Assembly (NCBI GenBank): GCA_963782055.1
Contig: CAWAIF010000003.1
Coordinates: forward strand, 1,792,001-1,856,000
Origin: an uncultured delta proteobacterium
GTDB lineage: Bacteria; Myxococcota_A; Polyangia; Polyangiales; Polyangiaceae
DNA length: 64,000 bases
Direction of reading: 5' to 3'
The notes beneath the pieces are model-generated. The model was not told the DNA's origin, did not search any database, and was given only the letters and a program-made list of their open reading frames with translations. Of the stretch, positions 31,994 to 41,530 are shown piece after piece. The translations under genes and the position numbers were made by a program. The stretch's first letter is position 1; every line of letters starts with the position of its first letter.

Positions 31994-34288
31994 ATGCGAG
32001 GCACCACGCTTGCTCTGGTCGCGATGGTGACCACCGCCGCCGCCCTCTGCGGCCTCTACGCGTGCAGCGGAGACGACACCCAGGCGGCCAGCGACGCCGG
32101 CGCCGACCAGACCGCCGACACCAACGTGGGACCGGCGCCGGGGTGCGTCGTCTCCCCGACGCCGGCGCCCTTCCCGACGGGGCAGTGCAACGTCCCGCAG
32201 CCCGCGCAGCCGGACTCCTTCGACGAGGCGCTCGGGAAGGTCGGGCTCGATCGTTGTAGTATGCAACAAGACCCCTCCAAGATGGTCGACGCGGTCATGG
32301 CCGTCCTGGACAAGCGGCAGATGCCCGACTTCCGCCCGCTGCTGCAGTACCCGCTGCGCCTGCCGGCGTACGGGGCGGAGACCGCGAAGTGGCTGGACGA
32401 CGCCATGGCCGGCAAGACGCCCGTCGCCAGCGCCATCGCCGCCGCCGCCGCGCGGAGGGGCGCGCCGGTGACCGACTGCGCGGACCCCGCGTGGTCCGTC
32501 GTGGACGGCGAGGACCAGGCGCCGCTCGCGACCACGCTGGGCGAGATGGCCAGCGCCTTCGGCGCGGACTTCGATCACGACGCGACGGCCCAGGCGACCG
32601 CCGGGCTCCCCATCGACCTGCGCCGCGCGCTGGTGCCGGTGATGCGCGCGATGACGCAGGCGTCGCAGGACATCGCCGCCGCGCGCGCCCCCGCGGAGGG
32701 GAAGTTCGCGGCCCTCTTCAAGCTGGCGCCCGACTGGATCATCGGCACCTACTCGTACAACTGGTCCACCGGCCTGCTGCCGGCCTTCGACGCGGTGGAC
32801 GTCAACGCGATCACCCGCGCGTCGCTCTACGTCGCCAGCACGGTGGAGAGCGCGGACCTCGCGCGCTTCCGCGGCGCGACCTTCGACCCCGTCGAGGTGG
32901 ACACTCCGCTCGGGTCGCTGGTGATCCACGGCGCGGGCAAGGACGACTACGAGCCGGGCTCCGCGGCGGAGAAGGCCTTCTTCCTGCTCGACACCGGCGG
33001 CGACGACACCTACCGCGTGCCGGTGGGCTCGGCGAGCTACGACCACTCGCTCTCGGTGTCGGTGGACCTCGCGGGCAAGGACACCTACGGGTACGTGGAG
33101 AAGGCGGACCCCGCGGACAACGTCGGCCACCGTCTGCCGAGCGACGGCGCGGGGCGCCAGCAGGGCCTGACCCGCTCGCGCGTGGCGCGGCAGGGCGGCG
33201 CGCTGCTCGGCGTCGGCCTCCTCTGGGACCTCGGCACCGACGACGACACCTACCAGTCGCTCGCCGTCTCGCAGGGCACCGGCGTCTTCGGCGTGGGCGT
33301 GCTCTACGACGAGGGCGGCAACGACAGCTACAAGTCGGAGGCGCTCTCGCAGGGCGCGGCCGGCTTCGGCATCGGCCTGCTGCTCGACGGCGCCGGCAAC
33401 GACCACTACCTCGTCTACGCCGCGTCGGAGGGCTTCGGCTTCACGCAGGGCGTGGGCGCGCTGGTGGACGAGTCGGGCGATGACACCTACTACTCCGACC
33501 CCGGCGATCCCGCCGTCGGCGGTGACGCCATCTACGCCAACGCGCAGCTTCCCGGCGTGGGCAACACCTCGATGACCCAGGGCTGCGGCGAGGGCCACCG
33601 CCCCGACGCGCCGGAGCCCGGCTACCAGTTCGCCGGCGGCATGGGCATCCTGCGCGACGCCGCGGGCAACGACAGCTACACGACCAGCGTCTTCGGCCAG
33701 GGCTGCTCCTTCGCCATGGGCATCGGCCTGTTCCTCGAAGGCGGCGGGGACGACACCTACGAGGGCCTCTGGTACGTGCAGGGCAGCGCGGCCCACACCG
33801 GCGTCGTCTACTTCTGGGACCACGCCGGCAACGACGAGTACGATCCCACCTTCCCCATCCGCGCGACGAGCATCGGCGTGGGCCACGACTACTCGTCGGT
33901 CATCCACTACGACGAGGGCGGCGACGACGCCTACCACGGCCCGGGCCTCTCCATGGGCTGCGGCAACGCCAACGGCGTCGGCTTGCTCGTCAACGTGGGC
34001 GGCACCGACACCTTCAGCGCGCCCAACCAGAACTCTCTCGGCTGCGCCAACTCGACCGAGGTCTTCAAGACGCCGCGCAAGTCCATCCAGACCCTCGGCG
34101 TCTTCGTCAAGGCGGGCGGATCGGCGACCTACACCGTCGGCGGTATCGACGCGGGCTCGTACCCGGGCGGCGAGTGGAGCTACACCCCGAACAACACGCC
34201 GCTCGACGCCGGGCTGGACGGCCCGTTCTACGAGTACGAAAAGAGCATCGGCATCGATCGCCCGGACGGCTCGGCGACGCTGCCGTGA
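31994..34288 (+). CDS. Large lipoprotein with GxGxLxDxxGxDxY repeats
   Basis: Lipobox LYAC; about 9 repeats such as GVGVLYDEGGNDSY, GIGLLLDGAGNDHY and GILRDAAGNDSY. Confidence 0.75.
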   Translation: MRGTTLALVAMVTTAAALCGLYACSGDDTQAASDAGADQTADTNVGPAPGCVVSPTPAPFPTGQCNVPQPAQPDSFDEALGKVGLDRCSMQQDPSKMVDAVMAVLDKRQMPDFRPLLQYPLRLPAYGAETAKWLDDAMAGKTPVASAIAAAAARRGAPVTDCADPAWSVVDGEDQAPLATTLGEMASAFGADFDHDATAQATAGLPIDLRRALVPVMRAMTQASQDIAAARAPAEGKFAALFKLAPDWIIGTYSYNWSTGLLPAFDAVDVNAITRASLYVASTVESADLARFRGATFDPVEVDTPLGSLVIHGAGKDDYEPGSAAEKAFFLLDTGGDDTYRVPVGSASYDHSLSVSVDLAGKDTYGYVEKADPADNVGHRLPSDGAGRQQGLTRSRVARQGGALLGVGLLWDLGTDDDTYQSLAVSQGTGVFGVGVLYDEGGNDSYKSEALSQGAAGFGIGLLLDGAGNDHYLVYAASEGFGFTQGVGALVDESGDDTYYSDPGDPAVGGDAIYANAQLPGVGNTSMTQGCGEGHRPDAPEPGYQFAGGMGILRDAAGNDSYTTSVFGQGCSFAMGIGLFLEGGGDDTYEGLWYVQGSAAHTGVVYFWDHAGNDEYDPTFPIRATSIGVGHDYSSVIHYDEGGDDAYHGPGLSMGCGNANGVGLLVNVGGTDTFSAPNQNSLGCANSTEVFKTPRKSIQTLGVFVKAGGSATYTVGGIDAGSYPGGEWSYTPNNTPLDAGLDGPFYEYEKSIGIDRPDGSATLP

Positions 34289-34334
34289 CCTCACCCCCGG
34301 CTCCCTCTCCCTATGAGGAAGAGGGGGAGGGGAG
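34289..34334 (+). repeat. REP-like palindromic element, degenerate copy
   Basis: CCTCACCCCCGGCTCCCTCTCCC...GAGGGGGAGGGGAG immediately after a TGA stop; matches the reverse complement of 23339-23385. Confidence 0.65.
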
Positions 34335-34347
34335 ACGAGGCGAGAAC

Positions 34348-35568
34348 TTAGAGCAGCAGGTGGAGCTGGCCGAGGAGGGACCAGGACTCGATGCCCGCCT
34401 GGACGCCGCCGCGGAAGTCGTCGGTGTAGATGGCGTCCAGGCGCAGGTCCATGTGCGGCGCGAGAAACCACCACACCGTCGACCACGCGGACACCGAGGT
34501 GGTGTCGTCGACGAAGTTGCGGTTGTAGAGCTCCCCCGTCAGCATCACGTGGATGCCCTGGAAAGGCTCCAGGTCTGCCTGCACGTAGCTCGTCGCGCCG
34601 ACGTGGTCCTTCGCCATCGGCTGCGACTCGAAGATGAGGTCGCCCTCGGCCATCAGCACCAGCGGCTTCCACGGCGAGTAGCGCACGAAGGGTCCGTAGT
34701 TGTGCCGCCACACCGCCGTCTGAAGCGTGGGGTTCCGCTCCGAGTGCATGAGCTGTGCGCTCGCGCCGACCGCCAGCTTCTCGAGCGGCGCCCACTCCAC
34801 CAGCGCCGCGCCCCCGCGCTCCCGCAGCGCATCGTCGGGGATGGAGTAGTTGCCGAAGGCGGCCATCACCTCGCCGCGCAGCTTGTCCCCGGTGTACGAG
34901 AGGGCGACGCCTGTCTGCTGCTGGTCGTTGATGTTGGTGTTCGTCTCGAAGCGGGTGAAGAGGTTGTGCTCGATCGTCCGGATGCCGAAGGGCACGTCGA
35001 AGCGCCCCGCGCGCAGCAGGAACTGCTCATCGGAGCCGAGGTCGACGCCGAGCCACAGGCTGCGCGCGATGAGGTTGTCGCGCGGATCGGTGGTGAGCTT
35101 GGCGAAGAACGCCCCGTCGTGCGCGAAGCCGAGGCTCGCGTTGGCGCGGAAGCGCCCGACCTTCACCTGCCCGGCCATGTCCGCCTGCATGAGGATGGGC
35201 AACCGCCCCGACGGCGCGTTCGGGGCAGTCGGGAAGACGCCGAGCTCGGCGTACCGCCCGTCCGCCTGCAGCAGCAGCGCGTCCGGGAGCTGGAAGGCGC
35301 CGAACATGAAGTTGCCCAGCGTCCCGGGGTCCTCGTCCTCCGACGGCTTGCCGTCGTAGTGCATGCGCAGCAGGACCTCCTCCATCCCGCGGCCGTACCG
35401 GGTGAGCAGCCCGCCGCCCGAGGGGTCCGCGTGGCACGTGTTGCACTGCGTGTAGCCGTGCCGGATCATCCACGGGAACGCTTCGGCGCGGTGCGCGAGC
35501 CCCGTCACCAGGAGCAGCAGCGCGACGCCGAGGAGACGCGCGAGCAAGCGATGGGTCGCCCGGTGCAC
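34348..35568 (-). CDS. Putative outer-membrane beta-barrel with N-terminal CxxCH heme motif
   Basis: Signal peptide (AEA), CNTCH, GGGLLTRYGR, RAGRFDVPFG, alternating beta-strands, C-terminal QLHLLL. Confidence 0.65.
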   Translation of the reverse strand: MHRATHRLLARLLGVALLLLVTGLAHRAEAFPWMIRHGYTQCNTCHADPSGGGLLTRYGRGMEEVLLRMHYDGKPSEDEDPGTLGNFMFGAFQLPDALLLQADGRYAELGVFPTAPNAPSGRLPILMQADMAGQVKVGRFRANASLGFAHDGAFFAKLTTDPRDNLIARSLWLGVDLGSDEQFLLRAGRFDVPFGIRTIEHNLFTRFETNTNINDQQQTGVALSYTGDKLRGEVMAAFGNYSIPDDALRERGGAALVEWAPLEKLAVGASAQLMHSERNPTLQTAVWRHNYGPFVRYSPWKPLVLMAEGDLIFESQPMAKDHVGATSYVQADLEPFQGIHVMLTGELYNRNFVDDTTSVSAWSTVWWFLAPHMDLRLDAIYTDDFRGGVQAGIESWSLLGQLHLLL

Positions 35569-35596
35569 TGCCTTCAGCAGGCGCGTGGGGACGCGC

Positions 35597-36127
35597 TCAC
35601 TCCGTGGCGGCGAAGTGCACGTCGATGTCGATATCGGGCTTCACGGTGACGCCCAGGTACGACGGCACCTTGATCCCGAAGTCGCGGAAATCGATGTGCG
35701 CCCTGCCCGTCACGTCCACCTTCCCGCCGGCGTGGTGCGCGGCGTAGTGGAAGGAGACACGCTTGCTCTTGCCGTGGATCGTCATGGTGCCCTGCGCGTC
35801 CCCGGAGCCCTCCGTCTTGACGGACGCGCGGTCGACGACGAGGTCGGCGTTGGGATACTTGCCGACCTCCAGGTACTTCTCGCGCATGTGGTGATCGCGC
35901 AGGCCGATGCCGGTGGCCAGGTGCGCCAGCGGCACACGGATGGTGACGGTCGCGCCCTGGTCGATCACGTCCAGATCACTGGTGGTGCCGGTGAGGTGCA
36001 TGCCGGCGGGGCCGCGCGCGTGGAAGGCGACGGCGGGGGTGCCGGTGCGGGCGAGCTTGGCGTCGGCTGCGAGAGGAACGCAGAGGCCCATCGTGACGAG
36101 AACAGCGAGTCGTAGGGGTCGGTTCAT
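35597..36127 (-). CDS. YceI-family lipid/polyisoprenoid-binding protein
   Basis: TGIGLRDHHMR..YL...YP, GTMTIHG, DFGIKVP; signal peptide. Confidence 0.85.
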   Translation of the reverse strand: MNRPLRLAVLVTMGLCVPLAADAKLARTGTPAVAFHARGPAGMHLTGTTSDLDVIDQGATVTIRVPLAHLATGIGLRDHHMREKYLEVGKYPNADLVVDRASVKTEGSGDAQGTMTIHGKSKRVSFHYAAHHAGGKVDVTGRAHIDFRDFGIKVPSYLGVTVKPDIDIDVHFAATE

Positions 36128-36257
36128 GAACATCTCCAAAGGGGTTCTAGCACGCAACAAACCCAGAGGTAGGTACCGGCACCGGTGGGGGAGCAGGCGG
36201 CGCGGCGCATGAGGTGCGGATTTGCTTTGTGCGCGTGACGTGGAATACGAGCGAAGG

Positions 36258-37199
36258 ATGGCATCGGCCGCCGGCCTGCTGATCTTCGTCATCGCGTCGC
36301 GCGACGGCCGTGACGCCACGCTCGACGCCGCGGTCGCGGCGGCGCGGGAGACGCTCGGCGAGAACGCCACGGTTCAGGTCGAGGTCAGCCCCGCCGCCAG
36401 CGACCCCGGCATCGTCGCGCTGGAGGACGAGCGGCACGCCGGCGCCGTCGCCACGCTGCGCTGGGACCCCTCTCACACGAGCGCCACCATCCATCTGCAC
36501 CGTGCCCGCGAGGGGCGGTGGGTGGACCGGACGATCGTCTTTCGCGCGGCTGACGCGCCCGCCGAGCGGGGACGCACCATCGGCTTCGCCGTGGCGTCGA
36601 TGCTGCCGGAGCAGGAGCTTCCACGCGCGCCCGAGCACAGGATCATCATCGCGCCACCGCCACCCACAGCTCATCACCCGTTTGACGGTCCATGGCACGG
36701 TTCATTCGATGCGCAGGCCGTCGGCGCGCTCCCCTTCAGCGGGTACGGGGCAGGGGTGGGCGCCGACCTCTCCGGTCAGTGGTACCTCTCCCGGCTGGGC
36801 TTCCGGCTGGGCGCCGTCATCCGCGCGGGAGACGTGGCGCCCGCCCAGGCCACCTCCATCATGGTGTCGGTGGCCGCCGGCCTGGAGGTGCGCATCGTCG
36901 AGCCGGCCGCCGGGGAGCGCTTCGGGCTCGCCCTGCGCTTCGACATGCTGGCCACCTTCCTCTCCCTGCGGCATCTGGACGCCGACGACCCCTCGCCCGT
37001 CGTTCAGGACAGGTGGCTGCCGGGGGGCGATCTGGTGGCGGAAGGTACCTTCCAGCTCGGCCCCGCCACGGCGATCATCCTGGGGCTGGGGGCGGAGGCG
37101 TCGCTGGGGTCGACCAATGTCTACGTGGCGCGGAAGCCGGTGGCGACGATCGAGCCGATACGCCTGGTCGGGGAGCTGGGCCTGAGAGCCCGCTTCTAG
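36258..37199 (+). CDS. Hypothetical protein with a C-terminal beta-barrel-like region
   Basis: Pro-rich linker followed by alternating beta-strands ending GLRARF; upstream of the ECF sigma. Confidence 0.6.
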   Translation: MASAAGLLIFVIASRDGRDATLDAAVAAARETLGENATVQVEVSPAASDPGIVALEDERHAGAVATLRWDPSHTSATIHLHRAREGRWVDRTIVFRAADAPAERGRTIGFAVASMLPEQELPRAPEHRIIIAPPPPTAHHPFDGPWHGSFDAQAVGALPFSGYGAGVGADLSGQWYLSRLGFRLGAVIRAGDVAPAQATSIMVSVAAGLEVRIVEPAAGERFGLALRFDMLATFLSLRHLDADDPSPVVQDRWLPGGDLVAEGTFQLGPATAIILGLGAEASLGSTNVYVARKPVATIEPIRLVGELGLRARF

Positions 37200-37329
37200 C
37201 CGCCCGGGGCCTTCCACCCGTTGCTCGCTAACGATCTGGCTCAGCCTCGCGATATGACAGGAATATACGCGCCCGCGGGGCGGCCGATCCCAGCCTGATC
37301 GCCCTCGCCTCGGGGTACAGTAGAGGGGC

Positions 37330-38046
37330 ATGTCTCTCCCTGCGCGCCCCCCTCTGCGCCTGGTGCCCCCGCCCGAAGGCGAGTCCGGGACCGAGGTCGC
37401 ATCCGGACGGTCCGCCCGCACCTCCGACAGGGTGCCGGCCCCGTCGCGCCGGCACGCGCCCGCGCTCGATGACACCGAGCTCCTGACCGCCCTGCGCGTG
37501 GGTGACCCTTCCGCCGCCACCTCCCTGCACGACCGCGTCCGCCCGCAGGTCGACCGCACCATCTTCCGCCTGCTCGGCCGCCGCGACGTCGACCACGACG
37601 ATCTCGCCCAGCTCGCGATGATCGAGATCATCGGCAGCATCGATCGCTTCCGCGGCGACTGCTCCCTGGACGCGTGGACGGCGACGGTGACGGCCCACGT
37701 CGTCTACAAGCACCTGCGCCGCCGCAAGACGGAGCGCCGCATCTTCTCGCCGCCCTCGCCCGACGACATGAGCGTGGCCTCGCCCATCAGCGCCAGCCGC
37801 CAGGCGATGGTGCGCAGCGCGATGACGCGAGTGGTCCGTCACCTGGACGACATGGATGAGAATCGTGCCTGGACTTACCTGCTTCACGACGTCTGCGGGT
37901 ACGACTTACGCGAGATTGCACAGATCACGGGGGTCACAGTGGCAGCCGCACAAACGCGCCTCGTGAGGGGGCGCAAGGACATTCACGAGCGCATCGGTTC
38001 GGACCCCGAGCTCGCCAGCATCCTGGCGGAAACGGAGCGGGCATGA
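37330..38046 (+). CDS. ECF RNA polymerase sigma factor
   Basis: DDLAQ..IE...FRGDCSLDAW (region 2); GYDLREIAQITG..VAAAQTRL.RGR (region 4). Confidence 0.88.
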   Translation: MSLPARPPLRLVPPPEGESGTEVASGRSARTSDRVPAPSRRHAPALDDTELLTALRVGDPSAATSLHDRVRPQVDRTIFRLLGRRDVDHDDLAQLAMIEIIGSIDRFRGDCSLDAWTATVTAHVVYKHLRRRKTERRIFSPPSPDDMSVASPISASRQAMVRSAMTRVVRHLDDMDENRAWTYLLHDVCGYDLREIAQITGVTVAAAQTRLVRGRKDIHERIGSDPELASILAETERA

Positions 38047-39182
38047 CCTCGCCTCGCAATGCTCAGCTCGCCGCCGCGTTTCTGCGCACGCAGCGGGACG
38101 CTCTACCGGCGACGCCGCCTCACCGCGAGGTCCGCGCGCAGGCCATACTCGCGCTGCAGGAGGAGCTCGCCAAGCGTGCGAGGGCCCGCAAGCGCGCGCG
38201 CTGGGTCTTCGGCGCCGTCGCCGCGGCGGCCGCGGTCGCCATCACCGGCGGCGGCATGCTCGCCCTCCACATGCATCATGCGTCGAGCCTCGCCGCGTCT
38301 GCGCCGTCGACCCCCAAGCCCGCCGCCACGGTGGCGGTGATCGCGCATCCCACCGGCGACGTGACGGTGGTGGGTGGGGACGGCAAGCCGGAGGCCCTCA
38401 CCGACGGCAGCCTTCTGCGCGCGGGCAGCCATGTCGTGGCCCGCTCGCACGGCCGCGTCGTGCTCTCCTTCGCCACGGGCACCCAGCTCACCGCGGAGGA
38501 CGGCGGCGACGTGACGGTGATGGAGAACGGCAGCGTGCAGCGCCTGCTGCTCGCCAGCGGATCGTTGCAGGCCAAGGTCCACAAGCTCGGCCCGCACCAG
38601 CGCTTCCTGGTCAGCACCCCGGACGCGGAGGTCGAGGTGCGCGGCACCCAGTTCCGCGTCTCGGTCGTCGGGGCCGATCCGTCGTGTGGCGGCGGCACGC
38701 GCACGCGCGTCGTGGTCACCGAGGGCGTGGTGTCGGTGCGCAGCCACGGCGAGGAAGCGCGCGTGCCCGCGGGCTCGTCGTGGCCGCCCGGTTGCGTGGC
38801 GAGGACAGCGGTGGGCTCCACGGCGACCGCGCCCACGGAGCTCGCCGAGTCGACGTCGCCCCGGCCCAAGGCCGTCCCGCGGCCGGGTAACGCCGCGTCG
38901 CAGGCTTCCCGCTCCACCCTCACCGAGGAGAACGATCTGTTCGGCAAGGCCGTCGCCGCCCGCCAGCGCGGCGATGCACCGGGTGCGGTGGCCGCGTGGT
39001 CGACCTTCATCGCGAAGTACCCGAGCAGCCCCCTGGCGGAGAGCGCTGCCGTCGAGCGCATGAAGACGCTGCGCGGCGTGGACCGCGCGCGAGCGAGCGC
39101 GGCGGCGCGGCAGTACCTCGACGAGTACCCGTCCGGATTCGCGCGCGCGGAGGCCCAGGCCATCCTCGCGGAGGATCGGTGA
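38043..39182 (+). CDS. FecR-domain anti-sigma/sensor with C-terminal TPR-like domain
   Basis: TM helix; VSTPDAEVEVRGTQFRV and VTEGVVSV FecR motifs; KYPSSPLAE and YLDEYPSG; ATGA overlap with the sigma. Confidence 0.85.
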   Translation: MTSPRNAQLAAAFLRTQRDALPATPPHREVRAQAILALQEELAKRARARKRARWVFGAVAAAAAVAITGGGMLALHMHHASSLAASAPSTPKPAATVAVIAHPTGDVTVVGGDGKPEALTDGSLLRAGSHVVARSHGRVVLSFATGTQLTAEDGGDVTVMENGSVQRLLLASGSLQAKVHKLGPHQRFLVSTPDAEVEVRGTQFRVSVVGADPSCGGGTRTRVVVTEGVVSVRSHGEEARVPAGSSWPPGCVARTAVGSTATAPTELAESTSPRPKAVPRPGNAASQASRSTLTEENDLFGKAVAARQRGDAPGAVAAWSTFIAKYPSSPLAESAAVERMKTLRGVDRARASAAARQYLDEYPSGFARAEAQAILAEDR

Positions 39183-39820
39183 CCCTGCGGCGACCCTCCA
39201 CCAGGGTCGCCATCGCGCTGCTCGTCGCCGGGGGCCTCGCCGCCTGCAACGGCGAGTTCCACTTCGACGAGCCGGGGGACGCGGCTCTCCCCGAGCCGGA
39301 CGCCGGCGACGCGCAGACGGGCCGGCCGCGGTGCAGCACCGACGCCGACTGCGGGCTGTCCAGCCTCCACTGCGACACCGCCTCCGGCGACTGCGTCGCG
39401 TGCGTCACCGACACCAACTGCACCGACCCGGGCTTTCCGCGGTGCGACTTCGCCATCCACCGGTGCGTGGAGTGCGGCATCAGCACCGACTGCCCCGTCG
39501 GGGAGTACTGCGAGAACCAGACGCGCCGGTGCGTGCCGCGCTGCCAGGACCCCGACGAGTGCCCGCTCTCGCGGCCCTTCTGCGACAAGGTCAACGTGCG
39601 CTGCTACGAGTGCCTGACCGACACCGACTGCCTTCCGCTCCTGCTGCCGCGCTGCGACACCGCCGGCTTCATCTGTGTCCAGTGCATGACGGACGCCGAC
39701 TGCGGCTCAGGGCATCGCTGCGACACGCCCGACGGCGTGTGCGTCGATTGCCTCAGCAGTGACGACTGCCCCTACCCGGAGGCGTGCGATCCCGCCAAGG
39801 GCCGCTGCGTCACGCCGTAG
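39179..39820 (+). CDS. Cys-rich repeat lipoprotein
   Basis: GLAAC lipobox; repeated CxxCxxDxDC; GTGA overlap with fecR. Confidence 0.75.
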   Translation: MTLRRPSTRVAIALLVAGGLAACNGEFHFDEPGDAALPEPDAGDAQTGRPRCSTDADCGLSSLHCDTASGDCVACVTDTNCTDPGFPRCDFAIHRCVECGISTDCPVGEYCENQTRRCVPRCQDPDECPLSRPFCDKVNVRCYECLTDTDCLPLLLPRCDTAGFICVQCMTDADCGSGHRCDTPDGVCVDCLSSDDCPYPEACDPAKGRCVTP

Positions 39821-39970
39821 CGACGGCTCGCCGCAGACTTTACACGCCGGGGATCGTGCTTATCCGTTTGTTCGACAACGGCTGCGGAGCGCCCCCAGGG
39901 CGCACGCGATCAACGGCTCGAGCATAGGCCACGAGGGGGCGTCCCTCGCATGGCGTACGAGAGGTGTCTC

Positions 39971-40423
39971 ATGCGAATGACGGTGCTCAATGGGTTGCGG
40001 CGCGAGCCGCTCGCGGAGCTGGACGAGCTGCGCAGGGAGATGGATCGCTTCTTCGGAGGCGCGCTCGGCTTCTCGCCGCCCGCGTGGCCGGAGCCAGGCC
40101 TGCGCGAGCTGGCGGACCGCTACGAGCTCGCGCTGGACGTGCCCGGCCTCGTCGCCGGCGACGTCGAGATCAAGGTGGAAGAGGGCGTGCTGCGCCTGCG
40201 CGCCGAGCACAAGCCCGCCGCCGAGGAAGGAACGAAGGACGGCGACGACCTGAAGCTCGTCCGCAAGGAGCGCGCCGCGGTGCGCGTCGCCCGGAGCTTC
40301 GAGCTTCCGGCGCACGTCGACGTGGAGCGCATCGCCGCGACGCTGGACAAGGGCGTGCTCACCCTGACCGTCCCCAAGTCGGAGGCGGCCCGCAGCCGCA
40401 CCGTGGAAGTGAAAGGAGCCTGA
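39971..40423 (+). CDS. Hsp20/alpha-crystallin small heat-shock protein
   Basis: LDVPGL..D..I.V, RSFELP..VD...I.A.LDKGVLTLTVPK. Confidence 0.9.
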   Translation: MRMTVLNGLRREPLAELDELRREMDRFFGGALGFSPPAWPEPGLRELADRYELALDVPGLVAGDVEIKVEEGVLRLRAEHKPAAEEGTKDGDDLKLVRKERAAVRVARSFELPAHVDVERIAATLDKGVLTLTVPKSEAARSRTVEVKGA

Positions 40424-40425
40424 CG

Positions 40426-40734
40426 ATGAGCGCGGAGAAGGAGAAGCTGCTGGTCCGTCCCCCCACCGATGTGCTCGAGGGCAAGGACGCCTTCGTGCTG
40501 GTCGCCGAGGTGCCCGGCGTGGGGCCGGAAGATCTGGACGTGCGCGTCGACAAGGGCCTGCTCCTGCTGGACGCGAAGCGTGAAGGCCGCGTCGCCTACG
40601 CGCGGACGTTCCGGCTCCCCAAGGGGGTCGACGAGAACGCGATCGCCGCGACGCTGAAGGACGGCCTGGTGAGCATCCGCCTGCCGAAGGCGGAGAGCGC
40701 GAAGCCGCGGCTGGTCCCCATCGCCACGGGGTGA
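40426..40734 (+). CDS. Hsp20/alpha-crystallin small heat-shock protein, second copy
   Basis: RPPTDVLE, AEVPGV, YARTFRLP..VD...I.A.LKDGLVSIRLPK. Confidence 0.88.
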   Translation: MSAEKEKLLVRPPTDVLEGKDAFVLVAEVPGVGPEDLDVRVDKGLLLLDAKREGRVAYARTFRLPKGVDENAIAATLKDGLVSIRLPKAESAKPRLVPIATG

Positions 40735-40832
40735 CGCGGGCGCGCTTGACGCCCATCCGCCCCGCCGACCATTCTCGGCCTCCCGGCTGAGGTCCCGCGC
40801 TCGCGCAGGCCGACAGCCCGAAGGGCACGAAG

Positions 40833-41423
40833 ATGGAGTCGTCGAAGAAGCAGACCATCCTGGAGGCCGCGACGCGCGTCTTCGCCCGCCACGGCTTCAA
40901 GAAGGCCTCCATCGACGAGATCGCCCAGGCCGCCGGGGTGGCGAAGGGCACCGTCTACCTCGCGGCGACCTCCAAGGAGGACCTCTTCTACCAGGTCCTG
41001 CACCGGGAGGTCCGCGCCTGGGTGGCGGAGATTTCCCGGCTCATTGACCCCCGGACCCCCGCGGACCAGCTCCTGGCCGTCATGGCCCAGACGGGCATGG
41101 ACTACCTCGCCGCACACCCCCTGGTCGGCGACCTCCTCTTCGGTAAGACCGCGGAATTACTGCCCCGCTGGTCCGACCGCCTGCTCGAGCTCCGGACCAT
41201 CGGCCACGCGAATGTGGTGGAGGTCCTACGGATCGGCATCAAGCAGGGCATTTTCCGGGCGGAGCTGGACGTGGAGGCGGTGGCGGCCCTGCTCCAGGAC
41301 ATGCAGCTCTCGACGGTCGTGTTCTACCGGCACGTCGGGGAGGAGGCCCTGGATCGGCGGAAAATGGCGGGATTTGACCTGGTGTTGAACGGGTTGAGGG
41401 TCAGGGGAGGGGGAGGCGCGTGA
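40833..41423 (+). CDS. TetR/AcrR-family transcriptional regulator
   Basis: ILEAA..VF...GF..ASIDEIA..AGVAKGTVY....SKEDLF. Confidence 0.92.
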   Translation: MESSKKQTILEAATRVFARHGFKKASIDEIAQAAGVAKGTVYLAATSKEDLFYQVLHREVRAWVAEISRLIDPRTPADQLLAVMAQTGMDYLAAHPLVGDLLFGKTAELLPRWSDRLLELRTIGHANVVEVLRIGIKQGIFRAELDVEAVAALLQDMQLSTVVFYRHVGEEALDRRKMAGFDLVLNGLRVRGGGGA

Positions 41424-41515
41424 GGGCTAGCGGAGGGTGGGAGATCGCCCTATACTCAGCGCATCCGTGCCCCGCGTGAACGCTTGCAGGAGGGAGGGCA
41501 ACGGATGCCCTTTGT

Positions 41516-41522
41516 AGAGGAG
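41516..41522 (+). promoter_or_regulatory. Shine-Dalgarno site of the lasso precursor
   Basis: AGAGGAG ending 8 nt before the ATG at 41531. Confidence 0.7.
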
Positions 41523-41530
41523 AATGCTCG

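Noticed and set aside
40833..41423. TetR as the dedicated lasso regulator
   Set aside because: Adjacent and co-oriented, but host-like in composition, and I found no convincing operator palindrome before the precursor. Left unassigned.
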